A stretch of 64,000 bases of DNA, taken from NCBI GenBank assembly GCA_963721805.1, contig CAVRJY010000004.1, positions 32,001 through 96,000 on the forward strand, written 5' to 3'. Below, one piece after another: positions 21,602 through 30,700 of the stretch (position 1 is its first letter; every line of letters begins with the position of its first letter). The stretch comes from Nitrospirota bacterium (GTDB lineage Bacteria; Nitrospirota; Thermodesulfovibrionia; Thermodesulfovibrionales; JdFR-86). Both the position numbers and the translations under genes were made by a program. The notes under the pieces were generated by a model that was given only the letters and a program-made list of their open reading frames with translations, searched no databases and was not told the DNA's origin.

Positions 21602-23845
21602 TCATACCCCGCCCAGGAGCAGCATGAGCGTGACGCCAACGCCGAAGACTATTAACACGTCCTGCAGCGCCCTTTCCCGCCGGTCCTCAAAGCGCAGCGT
21701 GACAAGGTTCTCGCCGCCCCGCGGAAGCCGCACGGCCTTAAACGCCACATTGGCGCGGTAGATGGGCGCAGGGACTCCGTTGACATAGGCCCTCCAGTCC
21801 GGATGCCATGCGTCCGCATAGTAAAGCCAGCCGCCTTCGGGGTCGGGCGCTTCGGCATTAATGACTATCTCGTTAGGCTTGTAACTCACCACCCGCGCCG
21901 CGCCCTCGCGGCCCGAGCCTTGGAGCCTGAGTGACTCCGGCACTCCGAATATGACAGGCCGCACGCCTATCGCGGGGCTCTGGTCGAGCATCGAATCGAG
22001 CTGCTCCGTGGTATCGGCGTACTCGACGCTGCCCGGCACCCTTGCCTTGGGCGCGGTGCAGCCTATGGCCGCAAGGTTGTCGGCGGCGTATGAGGGATGG
22101 TTTTCGCGTATCTTCAGGAACGCTACCATATCCTTCGTCAGGAGGTCGACCCTGAGCATCGGGACGCAGGGGTCCCACTGGACGAAGTTCAGGTCGTAGT
22201 TAAACGGCGCCCCGATCTGCAGATACGCGTATGCCGAGGTCTGCCGCCCAACGGTCAGGTCCTTCATCCTCGTCTCAGAGTAAGGATATGGGTTGGTCCT
22301 GGTCGTCTCCACTACCTGAGCTATCGTGAAGTGGTTGAGTTCGACCGAATGCTCCATTATGCCTCTGACCCTGTAGTCGACCGCTGTCTGGTATATGAAC
22401 ACCTCAAGTACCACGCAAAGGAGGAGGGAAAGCCCGGCCCTGCGGCGAAACTCGTATTTCCTGAACGCGAGGTATCCGGCCAAAAGCCCGGCGTAGACCA
22501 CCGCTGCCGTCGCGATGAAGTACCCGGCCCCGGTCTCAGGGAGCCCCTTGCTGAGCATCGCGAACACGGCTGCGTGCTCGACAGCCACAACCGCGGGCAG
22601 CGCGGCGAGCACGATGCGCCTTGACCCGGCGGAAAACTCACCCGCCCGCCCGAGGAGCCGCTGCACCCCAAAGCCGGCCATCACGGGCATGAGGACCAGG
22701 TACGTGGACGTGACGTAGCCTATGTGGCGGTAGTATTTCATAAGCGGGAACCAGTTATAGAGGGCCTCTGCAACAAAGGTCGTCTTCCCAAGCGACATGA
22801 GCCCAAGGACGACGACCGCAAACAGCAGCGCATAAAAGACGCGTCCGCGCTCACGCACGAGGGCGTAAACCATTAGGCCAAACGGAAGCAGACCGAAATA
22901 CGTGGTGGTGTCAAATATGCTGCCATAGTCCCCGGTGCCCAGCTCTATGGGCACTACCATCCCGAGGAACTTCCGAAACCCCAGACGGTCGGGGTTGGGG
23001 TAGGTCAGGAAGGTCTCGAGCACCGTGGTGCCATCGGGGTTCCGGCCTGAGCTCAGGAGCTGGGAGTCAAGCAGAGAGTCCCTCAAAAAGACGAACTCCG
23101 CCCCGAGCATCGCCACGAATACGGCAAACAGCGCCGCGCTCAGCAGCAGCTCGCTGCGCGGTATCGTCAGGAACTCGCGCCACTTGCCGCGGTAGGCGAC
23201 CAACAGCGCGGCGAACACGCAGGTCCCGGCAAGCGCGGGTATCACGGGCACGTAGGGCGTGTTGCCCTGGTATAGAAGCAGCGACGCGATGAGCCCCAGC
23301 GCCAGCCTGCTAGGCCTGCCCTCCCTGAGGAACTTGAGCATGAAATATATGACGTACGGCAGCAGGTAGGACATCCTGAAGTTCAGCATGAGCTGGCTCA
23401 GGAAGACCGTGCCGCAGATCGTCGACAGAGCTACGAACAGCACCGTCTCGCGGTCCTCAAACAGCAGGCGCGAGAGCTTGTACACGCCTATGAGCATGAC
23501 GAGCTGCTCGACGTAAAGCGCAAGGCTGAACAGCAGCAGCGTGTCGCTTACCCTGAAGACCAGCCCCACAAGCCCCATGAGCCAGGCCGCAGGGGATATG
23601 AACGAACTGAAATACCCCGACGGGAACCCGTAAAACCCAAACGGCAGCCACTGGGGTATCTCGCCATGGTAAAACACGTCATTGTAATAGAAATAGAACA
23701 TGCGGTAAAAAACTCCGCTGTCGTGGAAGGGAATGACGTACTTGAACAGCAGCGGAAGGTTGACCAGTAACAGGCAGGCCGCAAGCAGCAGAAGGTCCCG
23801 GCCGGGCTTGTCCTTTAACCTGCTGATGTCCATACGCCAGTCCAC
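21602..23845 (-). CDS. YfhO-family GT-C-like membrane protein
   Basis: Many TMs; C-terminal DAWHPDWRAYVNG...RANVAFKAV. Confidence 0.75.
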   Translation of the reverse strand: MDWRMDISRLKDKPGRDLLLLAACLLLVNLPLLFKYVIPFHDSGVFYRMFYFYYNDVFYHGEIPQWLPFGFYGFPSGYFSSFISPAAWLMGLVGLVFRVSDTLLLFSLALYVEQLVMLIGVYKLSRLLFEDRETVLFVALSTICGTVFLSQLMLNFRMSYLLPYVIYFMLKFLREGRPSRLALGLIASLLLYQGNTPYVPVIPALAGTCVFAALLVAYRGKWREFLTIPRSELLLSAALFAVFVAMLGAEFVFLRDSLLDSQLLSSGRNPDGTTVLETFLTYPNPDRLGFRKFLGMVVPIELGTGDYGSIFDTTTYFGLLPFGLMVYALVRERGRVFYALLFAVVVLGLMSLGKTTFVAEALYNWFPLMKYYRHIGYVTSTYLVLMPVMAGFGVQRLLGRAGEFSAGSRRIVLAALPAVVAVEHAAVFAMLSKGLPETGAGYFIATAAVVYAGLLAGYLAFRKYEFRRRAGLSLLLCVVLEVFIYQTAVDYRVRGIMEHSVELNHFTIAQVVETTRTNPYPYSETRMKDLTVGRQTSAYAYLQIGAPFNYDLNFVQWDPCVPMLRVDLLTKDMVAFLKIRENHPSYAADNLAAIGCTAPKARVPGSVEYADTTEQLDSMLDQSPAIGVRPVIFGVPESLRLQGSGREGAARVVSYKPNEIVINAEAPDPEGGWLYYADAWHPDWRAYVNGVPAPIYRANVAFKAVRLPRGGENLVTLRFEDRRERALQDVLIVFGVGVTLMLLLGGV

Positions 23846-23858
23846 CGGATAGTATAGC

Positions 23859-25079
23859 TCACATCATCGCTGCGCGGCCAAGCTCCACTACCGGCGCATA
23901 CAGCCACCCGGGCACAGGCATACCGCACGTTATCGGGGCCAGATACAGCCCCATAGCCACTACCGCGGCGCATAGCGCATAGCGCCACCGCGCGCTGCGC
24001 CCGGCCAGCGCCTCGCCGAGCGCATACCCCACAGCCAGATACCCCAGCGGCAGCACCGCGAGCGCCGAGTGCATGAAGACCGGCCTCTGCACCGGGATGA
24101 AGACCGCGTAAGTGAGCGCGAAGACCGCCGCGATGAGCCCGAGCTCCATCTCGCGCCCCTTGAGCGCCCTGTAGAGCATATACCCCATAGAGGGCAGCAC
24201 GAGCATCCACAGCACCGGCTGGTTCATGTAGACCACGTTTATGTCCATCCCGCCCCCGATGTCCTTGGAGACCAGCGTATATACGAGCGGGCGCGTGAAC
24301 CACTGCCACGCCGAAAGCGAGGTATGCATCATCGGGCCGAGGAAGCCGGACGTCTCGGAGTGCTGCAGCGACCAGTAAGCGTCGGACTCGAAGCGCGCGA
24401 AGTCCCAAAACCCGTATCCCCGGCCGAACCACGCGTAATAGGCCAGCAGGTAGACCCCCAGCGGGATGAGCGTGAAGGAGAGCAGCGCCTCGATATAGGC
24501 CCAGAGCCCGGCCCTGCGCCGCCAGAGCGCTATGGCGCAGTATGCCAGCAGTGCCGGGATCGCAAGCGCGTAGTACCACTTCGTGGCGAGCGCCATGCCC
24601 GCGAACGCCCCGCTGAGTGCCATGGCCCAGCGCTTGCAGTCCCTGACGTGGCGTATCGCGAAGTACAGGGCCGCGAGCATGAAAAAAGCGGCCAGCGGCT
24701 CCTCAAACGTCGTCCTCGAATGGAACATCTGAAGCGGGTCCGAGGCGAGCATCAGGGCCGCAAGCCCCCCGGCCGCCGCGCCCCACAGCCGCAGCCCGAT
24801 CAGGTATACCATCAAGACGGAGAGCCCCGCGAATATGAGGTTCCGCATCCTGCGGCCATAGGGGCCGTCGCCGAATATCTTCATGTCGAGGTACAGCAGG
24901 ATGTGCTTAAGCGGGGGGTGCTCCCAGCGGTCGTACTGCACGAACCCGCTCTGCACGTAGCTCACTGCCGCCTTCATGTGCGATGCCTCGTCCACGGGGC
25001 TGAACTCCCGACCCGCTCCCATAGCCCACAGCCCGAGCGTCAGGACGAGTGCCGCAAGCAGCGCCCAGTGCCTGTTCAT
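23859..25079 (-). CDS. GT39/PMT-like lipid-carrier-dependent glycosyltransferase
   Basis: VDE, EHPPLKH, GMALATKW, SAWQW..RP; multi-TM. Confidence 0.85.
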   Translation of the reverse strand: MNRHWALLAALVLTLGLWAMGAGREFSPVDEASHMKAAVSYVQSGFVQYDRWEHPPLKHILLYLDMKIFGDGPYGRRMRNLIFAGLSVLMVYLIGLRLWGAAAGGLAALMLASDPLQMFHSRTTFEEPLAAFFMLAALYFAIRHVRDCKRWAMALSGAFAGMALATKWYYALAIPALLAYCAIALWRRRAGLWAYIEALLSFTLIPLGVYLLAYYAWFGRGYGFWDFARFESDAYWSLQHSETSGFLGPMMHTSLSAWQWFTRPLVYTLVSKDIGGGMDINVVYMNQPVLWMLVLPSMGYMLYRALKGREMELGLIAAVFALTYAVFIPVQRPVFMHSALAVLPLGYLAVGYALGEALAGRSARWRYALCAAVVAMGLYLAPITCGMPVPGWLYAPVVELGRAAMM

Positions 25080-25681
25080 CGCGCCCCCAGGCTCTGCATG
25101 ATCGAGCCGTAGCCCTCGCCGGTCACGACGACCATGTCGGCCGGTATCGCCGCGGTCTTAAGCGCGCTTATGACAGGGCCCAGCTCGTCCTCGGGCCAGT
25201 ACCCGCCCTGTATCACCACGAGCGCGGGCTCGGTCATCCGTGGCAGGGCTGAGAGGCGCGTGATCGTAAGCGGCGCGCCCTTGATCGTGCCCCTGTACCC
25301 GTCGCGCTCAGGCTCGAACTGCTCTTCCGAGGCGAGCCGTCCCGCGACCTTATCCCACCTGGAGTCCGGGATGACGTGGTATACCGCGCGAAGCGTGCCG
25401 TTTCTCACCGCGTGGAATAGATACGTCGAGTCTCCGGGGGGCTCCGTCGCGTCCGCGGGCTCGTTGGCCCCGAGCCTCCCGAACAGCACGAGCACGCGGC
25501 CCCTGACGCCCTGGGCCGCCCAGAGGTCCAGCGCCATCGCGGGCTCGGGGGCGTACGTGACGAGCATCCCGCCGCCCTGCACCGGGGCGTAATGGCGGCC
25601 GTGGGCCGAGAGGGCCCCCAGCAGGACGATGACCGCGGCGAAGAAGCCCGCTATCGCAAGCGATGCGCCCTTGTGGGACAT
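25076..25681 (-). CDS. Hypothetical exported/membrane-anchored protein
   Basis: N-terminal hydrophobic segment MSHKGASLAIAGFFAAVIVLLG; overlaps the downstream PMT-like gene. Confidence 0.6.
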   Translation of the reverse strand: MSHKGASLAIAGFFAAVIVLLGALSAHGRHYAPVQGGGMLVTYAPEPAMALDLWAAQGVRGRVLVLFGRLGANEPADATEPPGDSTYLFHAVRNGTLRAVYHVIPDSRWDKVAGRLASEEQFEPERDGYRGTIKGAPLTITRLSALPRMTEPALVVIQGGYWPEDELGPVISALKTAAIPADMVVVTGEGYGSIMQSLGAR

Positions 25682-25739
25682 GGTATATATTACCTGCGCC
25701 CGGCCCGGAGGTTCAATGTGCCGGGCCGCACGAAGCGGG

Positions 25740-27521
25740 TCATCTGCCGCCTGACATCCGGCTGTTGACGGCTGCCAGCGTATCGAGGACGTCAGGGTTC
25801 GAGGGGTCGATCCGAAGCGCATACTGCAGGGCCGATACGGCCTTTTGCGCGTCACCCGAGTTATAGTACGCGATAGCCAGGTTGCGGAGCGTTGTGGGCG
25901 CCTCAAGGTGATACGGGGCTCCGGCGCTCGCGACGTCCGGCGGGAACATCGAGACGGCCCTCTCATAAGCCGCGATGGCCTGCCGGTTATCGCCCGCCGA
26001 GGCATAGGCCAGCCCCAGGTTGTTCAGCACCGTGACCCTGTTGGCGTCGTTCATGACGTCTTGCCCGGCGCTGATCCGCGCGGGCAGCAAAGAGGCCGCG
26101 CGCTCGAGCACCGGTATGCCTTCCTGAGGCTTCCCGGCCATCCCGTATGCCATGCCCAGATTGTTGAGCACCCTGAGCTTCTCCGGGCTTTTGCGCGCCG
26201 CGTCCTCCCAAAAACCCACCAGGTCGCCGTACACTGCGTTTCTGCTATATGTAAGCGCGACAAATACGAGCACGACAGCCGCGGCCCCGGCATTAAGCGC
26301 GCGCCTCCCGGCCCTGCTCCTAATCACCTCGCAGAACCTGAGGCCGAGCGCGGCCGCGGCCATCGTCACCCCCGCCATCGGCAGGTAGAGCCTGTGCTCG
26401 TAGACGAGGTCGTTAAGCGGCACTATGCTCGACTCCACGGCAAGCGTGAGGTAAAACCAGAGTATCCCGAAGGAGGCCCAGCGCCAGTGGGCGCGCCCCG
26501 TGGCACGCGACGAGTAGCGGTAAAGCCAGACCGCCACGGCCACAAGCCCGGCATTTATCAGCACCGAAAGCATCACCGGCCATTGCAGCAGGCTCGTGTA
26601 AAACGGATAGTCATAATCGAAGTTCAGCCCGGCCGGGAACGCGAGGAGCCGCATGTACGTCAGCAGCACCCGCTGCTCGCTCAGGAGATATCCCCATGGC
26701 GATATGCTGTGGATGTTGGCCGCGTTTACGGTCTCGCCGACGCTGTGCGCCCCGGCCATGACCAGCGTGGCCGGTATTATCATGACCGCCGCGGCCCACG
26801 GCAGGAGCCGCGAGGGCCGTATGCCCCTGACGCCGCCGAGGAAAAACACGTCCACGAGCACCATCGCGGCCGGGAGCGTAAAGGCCGTCTCCTTCGAGCG
26901 CACCGCGGCCAGCACGCACACGACCGAAAGCGCGTACAAGACGTGCGAGCGCCGACTGCCGGGCCCGTCGAGCCTGGAGCGCACGTAGAGCGCGAGCGCC
27001 AGCAGGTAGAAAAGCCCGACCATCGAGGTGAAACGCTGCGAGATGTATGTCACGGCCTCTGTCTGCACCGGGTGCACGGCGAAGACCGCCGCGGCCCAGA
27101 AGGCCGCTATCCGCAGCGAGCCCTCGCCGCCCGGCGGCGAGAGGGCCGAGGCCCCAAACAGCATCAGCGCCAGCCAGTAAAGCGTGACCGCCGACGCGGC
27201 GTGTACCACGAGATTGAAGGCGTGGAACTCCCCCACCGAGCCGCCGCCCATCTGCCAGTTGAGCGCGAAGCTCGCGAAGACCAGCAGCCGGTCGTTGAAA
27301 TGTATGAGGAAGCGCCTGCCCGGCCCCGGCGTTTCGTGCGTGAGGGCCGCGAAACTGCCCCAGTCCTTCATTGCCGGGTTGTTGATGATAAATGCCTGGT
27401 CGTCGAACACGAAAGGCGCGCTGAAGGTGTTTGAATACGCAATGAGCGCGGCAACGACGATGACGGCCATATGCAATGCACTTGACGAAAGCATATCGCC
27501 TGGGGCCGCGCTCATCTTCAT
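25740..27521 (-). CDS. Second TMTC-like GT-C glycosyltransferase with TPRs
   Basis: FVFDD, HPVQTEAVTYISQR, SKE, EHRLYLP, TPRs. Confidence 0.85.
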   Translation of the reverse strand: MKMSAAPGDMLSSSALHMAVIVVAALIAYSNTFSAPFVFDDQAFIINNPAMKDWGSFAALTHETPGPGRRFLIHFNDRLLVFASFALNWQMGGGSVGEFHAFNLVVHAASAVTLYWLALMLFGASALSPPGGEGSLRIAAFWAAAVFAVHPVQTEAVTYISQRFTSMVGLFYLLALALYVRSRLDGPGSRRSHVLYALSVVCVLAAVRSKETAFTLPAAMVLVDVFFLGGVRGIRPSRLLPWAAAVMIIPATLVMAGAHSVGETVNAANIHSISPWGYLLSEQRVLLTYMRLLAFPAGLNFDYDYPFYTSLLQWPVMLSVLINAGLVAVAVWLYRYSSRATGRAHWRWASFGILWFYLTLAVESSIVPLNDLVYEHRLYLPMAGVTMAAAALGLRFCEVIRSRAGRRALNAGAAAVVLVFVALTYSRNAVYGDLVGFWEDAARKSPEKLRVLNNLGMAYGMAGKPQEGIPVLERAASLLPARISAGQDVMNDANRVTVLNNLGLAYASAGDNRQAIAAYERAVSMFPPDVASAGAPYHLEAPTTLRNLAIAYYNSGDAQKAVSALQYALRIDPSNPDVLDTLAAVNSRMSGGR

Positions 27522-27665
27522 CCGGTAGTATACCTCCGCCGCGAAACAAGAGACAACATCTATTCGAGGGGCGAGGGCCGGTTGGCCCCTCTCACTTAAT
27601 TACATTGACGGTGCATGGTAAGGGGTATCCTGATTCGGTCGACTTTGAAGGTGGGCGCTGCCCAC

Positions 27666-27700
27666 AAAAAAACAGGACGGGCCCGAGGGCCCGTCCTGTT
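27666..27700 (-). terminator. Rho-independent terminator closing the cytochrome cluster
   Basis: 14-bp perfect inverted repeat aacaggacgggccc/gggcccgtcctgtt plus A-run. Confidence 0.9.
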
Positions 27701-27724
27701 GGACGTCTGATTCGCGGCTACGAT

Positions 27725-30700
27725 TTAGTTGGCGTCGTAGTCGTAAGTCGCCGGGTTGGCGTAAGTCGTCGTACCGCCGTGACCGGCTGAGGCTGCGCGT
27801 GAGGTCGGTGTTGCGGGACCGTGTGCGCTGCCGCAGTTCGATACGTTGTTGTTCGTGATCGGCGTAGAGTAGCACGAACCCTGATAGGACGTGCCGTTTC
27901 TGTCGACCGCGGTGGTAGCAGTCACGGGGTTCACGCCGCTCCAGCCGCCGCCGTTGAGGAACCTCTTGCCCTGGTTCTTCGAGACGTGGCCGCCCTGGTA
28001 GAGGTTCGGCCTGTTAGCGCCGACCATGACGTAGTTGACGACCTTGGATACGTTACAGGTCGTAACGTTGCCGGTGCTGCTGTCGACCAGCAGGTTGGCG
28101 ACACCGTTGCCGGTGATCTGCAGGGACGCGCCGCTGCAGTTCACAGGGTCGCTGGTGCTGACGACGCCGATGTACTTGCCGGCGAGTGCGTTAGCACCGC
28201 CGCCGAAGTTCTTCGACGGGTCCGTACAGTTGTAGATCTGGTTGCCTGTGCTCGTGTTCTCGCACGCGGAGAAGCCGCTGGCCAAGGCGATGAGGCCCTT
28301 GTCAGCATAACCCGCGCTGCGCGGCTTGCATGACGTGGCAGGAGCGGTAGCCACGCTGAGCTTGGGGGTAGCGCCCGCGGTGCTTGCGCTGACCACGGTG
28401 CTTACGCCGTTACACGTGCCGTTCGTGAACTGGATGACGTCGCCGGCAAACTGGTTCAGCGTCCCGGTGCCCAGCGAGGTCGTGTTACATACGCCGGCTG
28501 CTGCGCTTACGCAGGTACCCGACCCGATCGTAGCCACGCCGGTGTAGTCGCCGGTCGTCGCGTTGATCATGCCGCGAGCGTACAGGTTGAAGGTGACGCC
28601 GTTAGCGGTCGTGCAGGCTGCCTTGGCCGTATCGACGCTCGTGAAGTACACCGTCTGGCCGATGTTGTCGAGTATGACCGGCGACGTCGCATAACAGTTG
28701 TTGTCGGTGTCCTCGTTGAACTTGAAGCTGAAGCCGGCCAGCGAGTGGTCGCCGCCATAAGAGGCAGCTACCGACAGCGTCCCGGTCGAGGTGCAGCTCG
28801 TGTTGTTGAACGCGCCGTTGTCTATACACGTCGGCCTCTCAGCCGCGATCGGGTTGGAGTCGTAACCCGGATCGGAAGGCGTGTTCATCCACGAAGCCGG
28901 CAGCTGGTTCTGGGCGTTGGTGCCGTGCACCGCACCCTCGCGCTCGCCAAGGTGGCACTCCTTGCAGAATATGCCCCAGCCGGCGAACTTGGTGGTCGGC
29001 ACGTAGCAGTGTGCGGTGCCGTACATCGTCGTTGCGCCGTGAGGCTGCCTGGAGAGCTTGTTGTTCCTGGGGCCCCACTTGTAGTCGTACGGGCTGTTGA
29101 AGTCGCCGGTAAGACCGCTGGCCGAGAAGTTCTCGGTCTGGCTCGAGCCCTCGTCCTCGGCGGTGCCGTAGACGTCAGCCCTGTGGCAGTTGTAGCAGAG
29201 GTACTGCGGCAGCATCTCGGTGTCGTCGTTCTCAGCTACCGTCGTGCCTGCTCCGGGCCTCGTGCCGGACTGCACGCCGTACTTGACGATCGTCACGCCG
29301 GGAGCCATCGTGGCGTGCGTGCCGTCAACGTTGATGGTGTCCATGGCCTCGAACCTGAGTTCGGTGTCCGCATCCTTCATGATCCAGCGGTTGTCGGATA
29401 CGTGAGGACCCTGCGGGTCTTCAGGCGATCCGCCGTGGCAGTCCGAGCAGTTGATCTGAGCCCACGGCCCGTACGGCGGGACGAACGTGTCGCCCAGTCC
29501 GGGGGTTACCATGTTGACGGTGCCGTCGGGGATGGCCGAAGCGCCGGTATCCCACGGGTTGCCGTCGGTGGAAGCCGCTTTGAAGGTCGAGTCGTCGATG
29601 ATCTGGGTGATCTGATACCACGTCCCGTCAGACTCCCTGACGTACCAGCCCGGCAGTGCGTTGTTCGGGAGCTTCTGGCCGGTGAGCGTTACAGTGCCGC
29701 CCGATGCGGAGCCGTTCCAGGTGAGGCCGGCGCCGTACCACTGCGGGTTGAGGTTGGCCGCGAAGGTGCCCGCGACCCTGGATATGGTGTTCATACGGCC
29801 TGCGGAGGCATCGCCGAGCTTCGAGCCGTCGGTCGGCAGCGGCTGGTTCTGGCCTACCGCGTAAACCGCGTGGTGGGCCAGGTTGTTCGGGTTGAACTCC
29901 TGTGCTATGTCAGTGCCCTTGCCCTCCCACGTCGCGTTGCCCTTGTTGGGGCCGCCGCTTACGAGGTCGGGAGGCGTGTTGCCGAAGGCGTAGTAGCTGT
30001 GGCACTTCACGCAGACGTCGCGCTGGTTCGTGGCCGCAGCCTTTACGGTGTACGTCGCGGCTGACGGATCAGCGAAGGTGTCGCTCGCGAGGCCGGTAGC
30101 CGCTACGAGGTAGACGTCGCCGGTCGACGGGGCGCAGGTAGCGCTCGTCTTCTGGGCGAAGGCAACGCCGTTAGACAGGTTCCAGTCGATGATCTCGTCG
30201 CGGTTTGCGGTTGCGCACGCGCCGCTCGTCCAGTGGAGCTTGTAGCCGGACCACTGGCTGAAAGCCCAGTCCTTGGTCGGGTCAGAGCAGCCGCTGACGC
30301 CGGTGGAGATGCTCTCCTGAGCCTGGCCGGTGATCATCTCTGCGTCCGTAGGATCCTTGACGGCAGTTGCGCTACAGTTGCCGGATTCCACGACGTTGTT
30401 GTTGACGTCGAGGATCTGGTAGCCGTTGCCGGCTGCGGGCGTGCAGGCGGTAAAGCTCGGCAGCGTGACCGTGGTCGCGTCGCTGTCGAGGATCGGGTAC
30501 TGAGTACCGCCAGCGGTTGCGGTCGCGCCACAAGTGCCGGTGTTGATGATGAGGCTCATGCCCCTGAGGTTCGTCGTGCTGCTGAACGTACCGGTGACGA
30601 CCGTCAGGGCGTTGGCGCCGTTAGTGATGCTCGACGAGGTGCCGGAGTAGTTGAGTGCGACGGTGTCGTTGGACGGTGCGGTCGTCATGGCGGCAGCGGG

